Source: an uncultured Bacillota bacterium
Lineage (GTDB): Bacteria; Bacillota; DTU025; MWDF01
Length of the DNA stretch: 64,000 nucleotides
Direction of reading: 5' to 3'
Assembly (NCBI GenBank): GCA_963823655.1
Contig: CAWGMK010000010.1
Location: 320,001 to 384,000 of the forward strand
Shown: positions 1-8,678 of the stretch, in pieces
How the letters are laid out: every line of letters begins with the position of its first letter
Position numbering within the stretch: the first letter of the stretch is position 1
Program-made: the position numbers and the translations under genes
The notes under the pieces: model-generated
What the model was told of the DNA's origin: nothing
Databases searched by the model: none
Seen by the model: the letters and a program-made list of their open reading frames with translations, nothing else

Positions 1-876
1 ATCGATGAGAAGCAGTATGAGTGCGCTCGGTATCGTGCCGATTATGGGGCCGGCAATGGGCACAAGGTTGCTTACACCTATCATGATGCTTATGGGAAGC
101 GCATAAGGGAAGCCGAATATCATCATGCCGATGAAACAGAGCACACCCAGGATAAGAGCCTCGGTGAGCTGGCCGTATATGAACTTCTTGAACGTGGCGG
201 TGGTTATGGCCGCGACATCCTCGATGCGCGCTGAGGACTTGGACAGATATGCTCTGTTCGCCCTTATCAGCATCCTTTCGATATTGCGCTTGTCAGCAAG
301 GATGTAGATGGACAGCACAAACCCGAGGACTATGTCCACGACCGTGCCTATAACGCTGGTTGTGATGGTGAATACCTGCGGCAGGAAACCGGTTAGTATG
401 GTGCTCAGCTTTTCAGGAAGTTGCTTTATGAAGTTATCGAAGCTGGAAAGGTCCAGGGTACCCAGCTTAAGATAGCTGTTTATCATATTCAGGAAGGAAT
501 CGATCTGCTCGCGGTATGTAGGATAGTTAGAGGAGAACTGCCGCACGCTGTCTATGAATTGCGGAATTATGTAGTAGAACATGCCTGTGAGCGCCAAAAG
601 GAATACCAGATGAGCGAGAAGCACCGATGCTATCCTTACTAACTTCTCCGCGCGATCTGATTTGATAACCCTCATCAGCTGCTTTTTTATCCACTCATAC
701 GGTCCATTGATTATAAATGCCAGGGCAATACCAATGAAAAGAGGGCTCAGCACACCCATCGCCTTGCCCAGGAATGTTAGGATGACGTCGACTTTTACCA
801 ATGCCGCCGCCATCAGGAGTATTAAAGCTGCCAGTTTCAAATAGCTTTTAAAGAGGCTGGAGTTCAAATGCATCAT
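1..876 (-). CDS. AI-2E family transporter (partial, runs off window start)
   Basis: Reverse strand reads MMHLNSSLFKSYLKLAALILL...LSPLFIGIALAFIINGPY...GQLTEALILGVLCFIGMMIFGFPYALPISIMIGVSNLVPIAGPIIG, a typical AI-2E/PerM hydrophobic pattern. Confidence 0.85.
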   Translation of the reverse strand, partial: MMHLNSSLFKSYLKLAALILLMAAALVKVDVILTFLGKAMGVLSPLFIGIALAFIINGPYEWIKKQLMRVIKSDRAEKLVRIASVLLAHLVFLLALTGMFYYIIPQFIDSVRQFSSNYPTYREQIDSFLNMINSYLKLGTLDLSSFDNFIKQLPEKLSTILTGFLPQVFTITTSVIGTVVDIVLGFVLSIYILADKRNIERMLIRANRAYLSKSSARIEDVAAITTATFKKFIYGQLTEALILGVLCFIGMMIFGFPYALPISIMIGVSNLVPIAGPIIGTIPSALILLLID

Positions 877-917
877 CCTTCGTCTTTGGGCCACGCTTGA
901 CCCTAACAAAGATTATA

Positions 918-1601
918 TCAGCTGAGGCAGTATTCTAGCGCCTCTGCTACATGCAGGTGCAATGTGTCCAGAAATGGCCTGCCTGCGGGCGGGGTACCGA
1001 CGAGGAGAGGCAGCTCTGTACAGCCGAGTATCACGCCGTCCACATCATATTCATCAGTCATATCCAGAAACCATTTGCGGCTTGCGGCTTCGAACTTCTC
1101 TAGAGCAAGCTCCTCGAAGATGATCCTATTAATCTCGTTCTGGTGATCCTGGGAAGGGACTATTACCTTTATTCCTGCTTTTGCGAAGCCGTTTTGATAG
1201 AAGTCCCCGCCCATCGTATATTTGATGCCGGTCAGTAGCACCTTGCCAAGGCCAAGCCTTGCGGCTTGCCGCGCCGCTGCATCAACTATGCTTATCATGG
1301 GGATTGGGGACCTCGCGTGAACCCTATCGTAGGCGGAGTGGGCCGAATTCGCTGCCATTATCGCAAACTCGGCACCCGCCGCCGCAAGTGCTTCTATGGT
1401 TTCAGAGATGTAGGATGCGTACTCATCGAACCTGCCTTCGTCCTCAAGGTCGGTGTAACGGCCGAAATCCAGGCTCTTTATAACGATTTCAGGATAATAG
1501 TAATCGTGAGCCCTCTCATAATACATCGAGATGATGGATCTGTAATACTCAAGCGTAGATGCAGGACTTATGCCTCCTAATATGCCTATGGTCCTCTTCA
1601 T
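918..1601 (-). CDS. Asp/Glu racemase family amino-acid racemase (RacX/YgeA-like)
   Basis: IGILGGISPASTLEYY N-terminus, ANSAH and LGCTELP motifs. Confidence 0.88.
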   Translation of the reverse strand: MKRTIGILGGISPASTLEYYRSIISMYYERAHDYYYPEIVIKSLDFGRYTDLEDEGRFDEYASYISETIEALAAAGAEFAIMAANSAHSAYDRVHARSPIPMISIVDAAARQAARLGLGKVLLTGIKYTMGGDFYQNGFAKAGIKVIVPSQDHQNEINRIIFEELALEKFEAASRKWFLDMTDEYDVDGVILGCTELPLLVGTPPAGRPFLDTLHLHVAEALEYCLS

Positions 1602-2107
1602 AATGCATCCTCCTTCGAAACGGGCAACACTTTATAAAAGGAGAACGACTTGTCGTCGATCGCCCTCATTGTGGCCAATACTCCGTCCAGGTGGTCGTAC
1701 TCGTGCTGGATGAGCTCCGAAAGATCACCTTCCAGGCTCATGCTTGCCGGTTTGAACGAGAGGTCCAGGTAATCCACATGGCACCTGCGATGCCTAAGGA
1801 CCTTTACGAAAAGCCCCGGGAAGCACATGCAATCGTCCATGACTTCCATCATCTGATCATCGGGGAATGAAAGCACGGGATTAACCAGGGCGATGGGCGA
1901 ACCCGCATCCATGTAAATGATGCGGCGGAAATGTCCGATTTGAGGCGCGGCAATGGCCCTGCCAAAGCCATAGGTCCTCCTGAATTGCATCATAGTATCT
2001 TTCAGGTCTTCTGCTATCGCTGCCGCTTCGCCCATTTCGGACACTGTCACCGCGCGGCTTGCATCATACAGCGCCGGCTCGCCCAGCCTGAGAATCTTTC
2101 TGACCAT
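1598..2107 (-). CDS. def: Peptide deformylase family protein (variant motifs)
   Basis: GRAIAAPQIG, DDCMC and QHEYDHLDG motifs; stop overlaps the racemase start. Confidence 0.85.
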   Translation of the reverse strand: MVRKILRLGEPALYDASRAVTVSEMGEAAAIAEDLKDTMMQFRRTYGFGRAIAAPQIGHFRRIIYMDAGSPIALVNPVLSFPDDQMMEVMDDCMCFPGLFVKVLRHRRCHVDYLDLSFKPASMSLEGDLSELIQHEYDHLDGVLATMRAIDDKSFSFYKVLPVSKEDAL

Positions 2108-2160
2108 TACTCTCACCTGCAATCATTCAGTTGGCTTTACAAATAATTTATGATACTTCA

Positions 2161-2185
2161 ATTCGTCGGAACGTAATTAAAACCT
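2161..2185 (-). promoter_or_regulatory. Sigma-H-like promoter for def-racemase-AI-2E
   Basis: Minus strand AGGT-N17-GAAT (aaaaggttttaattacgttccgacgaatt), matching the AGGA-N17-GAAT sigma-H architecture. Confidence 0.55.
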
Positions 2186-2303
2186 TTTCCGCATTCCTAA
2201 CAAAAGGGCTTATATACTCATAATATAGTAAAATCCTGCCATCAGTGAAGTAGGCTTTGACTGGGGCTTAGAATGCATAGAGGTAATTGAATAGTAGCAG
2301 TTA

Positions 2304-2321
2304 AAGTGATACAATTCACAA
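2304..2321. promoter_or_regulatory. Candidate Rex operator
   Basis: AAGTGAT-ACAA-TTCACAA versus consensus TTGTGAA-N4-TTCACAA (one perfect half-site), about 40 nt upstream of an FMN-binding protein gene. Confidence 0.5.
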
Positions 2322-2359
2322 TAAATGCGACCAATAATCCAATATAAGGAGGAGAAAAA

Positions 2360-3411
2360 ATGCGCAAGTTATCTATGCTTCTGATCGCGGTGCTAATCCT
2401 CGCGGTCTCCGGCGCAGCCGTACTCGCCTACACCAATGGCGTGTTCGAGGGCGAAGCTGACGGATATCTCGGCAAGATAAAGCTGGCCGTAACCGTTGAA
2501 AACGGAGCCGTAAAGGCACTTAAGGTGCTTGAGACCCATGACACTGACGGAATTTTCGGGCCCGCTTTCGAAGAGCTGTCGGCCAAGATCGTCAAGGCCA
2601 ACGGAGTCACCGGCGTAGACGCAGTCTCCGGAGCGACCTATTCGTCAAAGGGTATTTTGGCTGCTACCACCGCTGCTCTGAACAAGGCCGGCGCGGGAAT
2701 CGCGGTTGCTTCAGAGAAGCCTAAGGAAGTTGTCAAGTCAGCACTCCCCGAGGGCGCCAAGTCCGTATATAAGGGACTCGGCAAGACGGTCACATTCAGG
2801 CTCGGCCCCGGCTCCGACTCGGAGAAGGTGCCCGTATACAGCTTCAACATCGTTTTCGCTAGCGTATTGTTCGACAATGCTGGCCGCATCATCGACGCTT
2901 TCGTCGACATGTACGAGATCAGCACCCCGAACTACGACGGTGCGAGCATGCCTCATTTCTCCGGCTGGCCCGGCACACCCGGCTATAACTACACTGACCA
3001 TGAAGCCGAGAAGGTCACCGGCAAGACCGACAACAGCGTCGAGAAGATCACCGCCGAAGTCAACGGCTGGCTCTCGAAGCGCCAGCGCGGCGACTCCTAC
3101 GGCATGAACGCCGCCAACGAGTGGTACAAGCAGATGAATGCCTACCAGGATTTCTTCAGAGGGAAGACCGTTGAAGACATCATCAGGTTCTTCGTCAAGT
3201 ACTGCTCCGACCGCAATGGCCGCCCGATAAAGGCCAATACTACAAACGCAGTGACCTCGCCAAGTTCAATTTGTTGAACGACAGCGAGAAGGCCCTTCTG
3301 GCAGACGTAGTTGCGACCGCCACGATGAGCCTTAACGATGCTCATGGCAACATCCTTGCGGCCCTTCTGGATGCATACAACAACCGCGTCGAGATTGTAG
3401 TATCCAAATAA
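2360..3411 (+). CDS. Exported FMN-binding (flavinylation-substrate) protein, two domains; frameshift near 3252
   Basis: Signal peptide; FMN_bind domain with DAVSGAT; a shifted frame continues DLAKFNLLNDSEKALLADVVATATMSLNDAHGNILAALLDAYNNRVEIVVSK* to 3411. Confidence 0.85.
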
Positions 3412-3429
3412 CTGTATTAGCTTGACTCT

Positions 3430-3459
3430 AGCCAGCGCCCCAAAGGCGCTGGCTTTTTT
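3430..3459 (+). terminator. Intrinsic terminator
   Basis: agccagcgcc-ccaaa-ggcgctggct followed by a T run. Confidence 0.85.
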
Positions 3460-3729
3460 ATTTCATGCTGTGATTAATGGGACAATGTGAATATAGTTGC
3501 ATGCGCATGGCTCAAGCCGAAAATGGGCATGGAACATAAGTTGTGCTGCGATGCGTCTTAGTAGTGAAATGAGGGACGAACCGAACTGAACAGATAACAT
3601 TGTGAAGTAAATATTTAAGTACTAAAACTGATACAATGTAATGCGTGCTAGATTATTTATGAGTATAAATGTATGTGATAAAATGAACTACGTAAATGAC
3701 CTAAAACCTATTTATTGGGAGGAAAGACA

Positions 3730-4758
3730 ATGAAAAGAGTAATGTTGGTTGTACTGGCGATCATGCTCGTCTCAGCCGTAGCAGTTACGGCAGCCGACGC
3801 TCCGATAGCCCTTCTCGGCCTCGGACACGTCATCAGCATCAAGAGCTCCAAGGACGCCACGGAGACGGCAACTGCGGTTGGCCAGGTTGATACGGTAATG
3901 GCCGCAGTAGCTTTCGACATCAATGGCAAGATAGTAAAAGTGAGCATCGACAACGCCCAGACGAAGGTCAACTTCGACAAGGCAATGAAGGTTTCTTCCG
4001 ACGTAACAGTCGCCCCCCAGACCAAAGTAGAGATCAAAGAGGGTTACGGCATGGGCAAGGTATCCACGATAAAGCTCGAGTGGTATCAGCAGATGGCCAA
4101 CTTCGAGAAGTGGATGGTCGGCAAGAACATCAACGAGATCAAGGCCCTCAAGGTCAAGACGCGTGATGCTTCCCACACCAACGTTCCCGACATCCCGGAG
4201 CTCACCTCCCTCGTCACGATAACTGTACAGGATTATATTGCAGCCGTAGAGGATGCATGGCTCAACGCAGTCGCAGTAAAAGCGGGCGGAGTCAAGCTCG
4301 GCCTGGGCCAGAACGTATCAATTAAGAGCTCCAAGAGCGCAACCGATACAGTAGCCCCCGTCGCCCAGGTTGACTGCGTAATGACAGCGACCCTGTTCGA
4401 CGCAGCAGGCAAAGTAGTCGAGACCGTTATCGACAACGGCCAGACCAAGGTCAACTTCGACAAGGCCGGCAAAGTAACCTCGGACAAGACCGCCGTCTAC
4501 AAGACCAAGAAGGAAGTCAAGGAAGGCTACGGCATGGCAAAGGTCTCCACCCTGAAGCTCGAGTGGTATCAGCAGATGGAGAACTTCGAAGCTTGGATGG
4601 CGGGCAAGACCGTCGCTGAGATCCAGGCCCTCAAGGTCAAGACCCGCGACGCCTCCCACACCAACGTTCCGGACGTCCCGGAGCTGACTTCTCTCGTCAC
4701 CATCACAGTACAGGATTACATCGCGGCCGTTGCCGAAGCGTTCGTAAACGCCAAGTAA
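3730..4758 (+). CDS. Exported protein with two tandem FMN-binding-like domains
   Basis: Signal peptide (MKRVML...AVTAA); duplicated KLEWYQQMxNFExWMxGK...PELTSLVTITVQDYIAAV; RBS ggagg. Confidence 0.75.
   Translation: MKRVMLVVLAIMLVSAVAVTAADAPIALLGLGHVISIKSSKDATETATAVGQVDTVMAAVAFDINGKIVKVSIDNAQTKVNFDKAMKVSSDVTVAPQTKVEIKEGYGMGKVSTIKLEWYQQMANFEKWMVGKNINEIKALKVKTRDASHTNVPDIPELTSLVTITVQDYIAAVEDAWLNAVAVKAGGVKLGLGQNVSIKSSKSATDTVAPVAQVDCVMTATLFDAAGKVVETVIDNGQTKVNFDKAGKVTSDKTAVYKTKKEVKEGYGMAKVSTLKLEWYQQMENFEAWMAGKTVAEIQALKVKTRDASHTNVPDVPELTSLVTITVQDYIAAVAEAFVNAK
3810..4755 (+). repeat. Intragenic tandem duplication, period about 483 bp (161 aa)
   Basis: aagctcgagtggtatcagcagatgg at 4072 and 4555, with near-identical DNA downstream of each. 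Confidence 0.9.
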
Positions 4759-4865
4759 CCAAGCCCGGACAATAAGGCAGTACAGGGCCTCCTGAAAAGG
4801 GGGCCCTTTGCATGAGCTGTTGCTAAGAAGGCTTCCAACGCTTAATATTGCTAAAGGTGATGATG

Positions 4866-5969
4866 ATGTCGAAAAAGAAGAACTCGATAATAGCGCTGAT
4901 CGCGGCAATCGCACTTATTGGTGCAGGTATTGCGGGCTATTACCTGACGCGCACAAGGTATGAGAAGTACACGGAGAGCATGCTCGATGTGTTCGATACG
5001 GTTATCACGCTTGTGGCATATACGAAAGACGAGGCGGAGTTCATAAAGTACTTCGATTACGCTTACGACCGTCTGCACGAGCTACACAAGCTATATGACT
5101 TCTATAATTCCTACGAAGGCATAAACAACATAGTCACAATTAATGAGAATGCAGGCATATCCCCCGTAGCCGTAGACAAGCAGATAATCGATATGATCCT
5201 GTTCGCAAAGGACTACTACAGCCGCACCGGCGGGAAGACGAACATCGCCATGGGCTCGGTCCTTAGCATCTGGCACCGATACCGCGATGACGGCATCAAT
5301 GACCCCGACAACGCCAAATTGCCAGACATGCAGGAGCTTGTCGCGGCCTCCTTACATACCGACATAAACAATGTAATCGTTGATGAGTCCAACGGCACCG
5401 TCTATCTCAGCGATCCGCTGATGAGCCTGGACGTGGGGGCAGTAGCCAAGGGTTACGCAACCGAGCTTGTCGCAGACGAGCTGGTTGCCATGGGAATGAG
5501 CTCCGGCATGCTCAACTCGGGCGGAAACGTCAAGTCGGTTGGCAAGCCCATGGACGGCATCAGACAGAGGTGGGGAGTAGGCGTCCAAGACCCTGACGCA
5601 TTCATCTTCTCTGATGACGAGGACCTTCTGGACGTAATATTCGTAAATGACGCCGCAGTTGCCAGCAGCGGGGACTACCAGCGCTACTACGAAGTGGACG
5701 GCAAGGTGCTGCACCATCTAATCGACCCTGCCACATTGATGCCCGCCCAGTATTTCCGGGCAGTCACTGTGCTAACCGACGACGCAGGACTGGCCGACTT
5801 CATGTCGACTGCGCTTTTCATGCTTCCTCTAGAAGAGAGCAGGGCGCTAGCGGAAAGCTTCGATAATGTAGAGGCGTTCTGGGTTTTGCCGGACGGTAAG
5901 ATGGACGCAACAAACGGAATGCTAAAGCTTCTCAGAAGCCAGGGGGCGTCTGGCGCAGACAAGCAATAA
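4866..5969 (+). CDS. apbE: FAD:protein FMN transferase ApbE
   Basis: LDVGAVAKGY, NSGGNV, ASSGDYQRYY, HHLIDP and ADFMSTALF motifs; N-terminal membrane anchor. Confidence 0.95.
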   Translation: MSKKKNSIIALIAAIALIGAGIAGYYLTRTRYEKYTESMLDVFDTVITLVAYTKDEAEFIKYFDYAYDRLHELHKLYDFYNSYEGINNIVTINENAGISPVAVDKQIIDMILFAKDYYSRTGGKTNIAMGSVLSIWHRYRDDGINDPDNAKLPDMQELVAASLHTDINNVIVDESNGTVYLSDPLMSLDVGAVAKGYATELVADELVAMGMSSGMLNSGGNVKSVGKPMDGIRQRWGVGVQDPDAFIFSDDEDLLDVIFVNDAAVASSGDYQRYYEVDGKVLHHLIDPATLMPAQYFRAVTVLTDDAGLADFMSTALFMLPLEESRALAESFDNVEAFWVLPDGKMDATNGMLKLLRSQGASGADKQ

Positions 5970-5992
5970 TGCAAAGGGATTAGAAACGATCG

Positions 5993-6030
5993 GGTCCGGC
6001 GGCATAACAACCGCCGGACCTTTCTTTTTC
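5993..6030 (+). terminator. Intrinsic terminator
   Basis: ggtccggcgg-cataacaa-ccgccggacc followed by tttctttttc. Confidence 0.85.
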
Positions 6031-6253
6031 TTTGACCCGCGCCCCCACGATAAGCCCTCTCTGATGATTCCTGCTCGCGTAAAGCCCAATTATGAGGGAC
6101 TTCCGCTCGTGCCAAAAAACGGAAAATTTTAATGTCATTAAAAACATAATGGCAGACTGATTATCGCTATGCGACTTTGCATAGCCTTATACTGGAAATC
6201 ATATGCGCCGCTTAGTGCGATTATGGATAAATGTCTATCTGTGATATTTGCTA

Positions 6254-6282
6254 TTGTAAGTTGAATGAGATTCAAATATTAT
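6254..6282 (+). promoter_or_regulatory. Sigma-A-type promoter with a palindromic operator in the spacer
   Basis: TTGTAA-N17-TATTAT; the spacer holds TTGAAT-GAG-ATTCAA (6261-6275). Confidence 0.55.
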
Positions 6283-6330
6283 GTCATTAGAGTTATATCC
6301 GCCTCTGTTCTTTCGACGAAGGAGGATGCC

Positions 6331-6940
6331 ATGCTCGACAAGTACGGTTACATAGGCGAGCGCATCCGCAAGGAGCGCACGAAATACGACTTGAGCCTCT
6401 CTGAGCTAGCAAAAGAGATCGGAGTCTCCGTCTCCCTGCTGAGCCTTGTGGAGAACGGCAAGGCGACGCCCTCCATGACTGTGCTCGACAAGATCTGCTC
6501 ATTTTTCTCAATCCATATGGCATCGCTCTTCGAGGAGGAGACCGGTAACCCGAAAGTGGTGCTGCTCAAAAAGGACAAGCAATTCGAAGTGAAAATAGAC
6601 GAAGCCAGGGCAAGGAGATTCCTCCTGCCTAGAACAGGCGTGCCCATTGAGCCCGTCCTTGTGACCATAGATCCCGGTGCGCCCTATATCGACTTTTCCG
6701 TCCATAAGGGAGTCGAATATGGCTATGTCCTGGAGGGCGCAATAACGGTGGAAGTGGAAGGCGGCGAATCCGTTACGTGCGGCGAAGGGAGATTCCATAT
6801 TCTACAAGGCATCTCAGCCCCACAGGCTGCTGAACCTGTCCACCGAGAAGGCGGTCGGCCTTTGGATGGGAGTGCCCGATGTCAACGACACCGCCGGGCA
6901 TACGGCTTTTTCCGAGGAAGGCAAGAAGGCCAGGCGGTAA
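6331..6940 (+). CDS. XRE-family HTH plus cupin transcriptional regulator; frameshift near 6789
   Basis: RIRKER..LSLSELAKEIGVSVSLLSLVENGKATPS and HKGVEYGYVLEG; corrected frame continues GDSIFYKASQPHRLLN to TAA at 6940. Confidence 0.88.
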
Positions 6941-6959
6941 TATTTTCGGAGGTGTGGCA

Positions 6960-7958
6960 ATGAAGAAGATAATCAACAAGCCCGAAATGGCAGTACCCGA
7001 GATGCTGCAGGGAATGATGAAAGCGCACCCGGGGATAGTCGATGTGCTCCCCGGAACCCAGGCAGTAGTAAGGTGCGACGCGCCCGTTAAGGGCAAAGTG
7101 GCGCTGCTCACAGGCGGCGGAAGCGGACATGAGCCTGCCCACGGAGGCTTCGTCGGCAAGGGATTGCTTGATGCGGCGCTCGCCGGCGCGGTGTTCTGCT
7201 CACCTCCTCTAGATGACGGCATCGCCGCGCTTGAGCGCATCAACGGCGGCGAAGGCGCGCTCTTCATAATCAAGAATTATACCGGCGACATACTTCTCTT
7301 CGACATGCTCGAGGAGGAGGCATCCGACCGCGGCATAAAAGTCAAGAAAGTGCTGGTAAAAGACGACGTGGCTGTGGACAAGCGGGAGGGAACGACGGGA
7401 AGGCGCGGCGTCGCCGGTACCGTGTTCGTGCATAAGATAGCCGGAGCTAAGGCGGCATCTGGCGCTAAGCTCGACGATGTGTACCGCACAGCCGTAAAAG
7501 TCACCGAGAACATGAGGACCATGGGCATGGCTACAAGCCCCTGCCTGGTGCCCGGACGCGACAAGACCAACTTCGAGCTGGGTGAGGGCGAGATGGAAAT
7601 CGGAATCGGCATACACGGCGAGCCCGGCGTAAGGCGCGAGAAGCTGGCAACGGCTGCTTCCATTACATCGGAGCTGCTCGATCGCATAGTGGCTGACCTT
7701 CCATACAAGTCCGGGGACGAAGTCGCGGTCATGGTCAACGGTATGGGCGCAACGCCTCTCATGGAGCTGTACATAATCTTCAACGAGGCAGAGAAATACC
7801 TGGCAGCCAGGGGAATTAAGATTGTGCGCAGCTATGTGGGCGAGTACATGACATCGCTTGAGATGGGCGGCTTCTCCATAACGCTGCTTAAGCTTGATTC
7901 TGAGCTGCTGCCGCTGCTCGACGCCCCCTGCAAAGCCGCAGGTTTGGTGCAGGCATAG
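6960..7958 (+). CDS. dhaK: Dihydroxyacetone kinase substrate-binding subunit, divergent copy 1
   Basis: GGGSGHEPAH, KNYTGD, RRGVAG, GIHGEPG and TSLEMGG motifs. Confidence 0.92.
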   Translation: MKKIINKPEMAVPEMLQGMMKAHPGIVDVLPGTQAVVRCDAPVKGKVALLTGGGSGHEPAHGGFVGKGLLDAALAGAVFCSPPLDDGIAALERINGGEGALFIIKNYTGDILLFDMLEEEASDRGIKVKKVLVKDDVAVDKREGTTGRRGVAGTVFVHKIAGAKAASGAKLDDVYRTAVKVTENMRTMGMATSPCLVPGRDKTNFELGEGEMEIGIGIHGEPGVRREKLATAASITSELLDRIVADLPYKSGDEVAVMVNGMGATPLMELYIIFNEAEKYLAARGIKIVRSYVGEYMTSLEMGGFSITLLKLDSELLPLLDAPCKAAGLVQA

Positions 7959-7985
7959 ATATCGAAATCTTAGGAGGTCCGGGGC

Positions 7986-8613
7986 ATGTCGATCGAAAGA
8001 GCTGATGTTCTAAAGGCGTTCGCGGCTATGATAGACGCCGTAGATAAAAACAAATCCCTGCTCAACGAGCTGGATTCCACAATAGGCGACGCCGAGCACG
8101 GGATGAACCTGAAAAGGGGCTTCGGCATAATCGCAGATAAGCTGGAAGGGCTTTAGGAGCTTGAGCCCGCGATGATCATAAAGAAGGCGGGGACAGCGCT
8201 GGCAGGCGCCGGATGCGGATCAGGCCCCATATTCTACGGCCTTAGGCATTAGGGCCGCGGGCGATGCCCTCATCAAGAACGGCGGGGCCGGGCCCATGGA
8301 AGTCTCCGAGGCACTAACTGCCGCGCTCGACGTCATAAAGGAGAAGGGTGGGGCGAGCGTCGGCCAGAAGACGATGGTTGACGCAATAGAACCGGCAGCC
8401 CTTGCTTTCAGGAAAGCCGCAGATGCGGGGCTCGACATGAGATCGTGCTTCGATGCCGCAGTTGATGCCGCCAAGGTTGGCATGGAAGCGACGGCGAAGA
8501 TGGTCGGCATGAAGGGCAGAGGCTTCCATGCAGGCGAGCGCGGCCTGGACCATCAGGATCCGGGCGCCACATCGGCTTACATGCTTCTTAAGAGCATAAG
8601 GGACATAATCTAA
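7986..8613 (+). CDS. dhaL: Dihydroxyacetone kinase ADP-binding subunit, copy 1; in-frame TAG at 8154 and frameshift near 8244 (error or pseudogene)
   Basis: LNELDSTIGDAEHGMNLKRGF...KTMVDAI...GRGFHAGERGLDHQDPGATS. Confidence 0.85.
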
Positions 8614-8678
8614 CACAGGTATTTCCATGGGGGACCCATGTGGAATATAGGCAAATCGAAAAAGTAGGAGGCAATAAT

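Noticed and set aside
6265-6963. 232-aa regulator with a novel C-terminal tail, as given in the ORF track
   Set aside because: The tail results from an extra G near 6789; the shifted frame restores a normal cupin ending at 6940.
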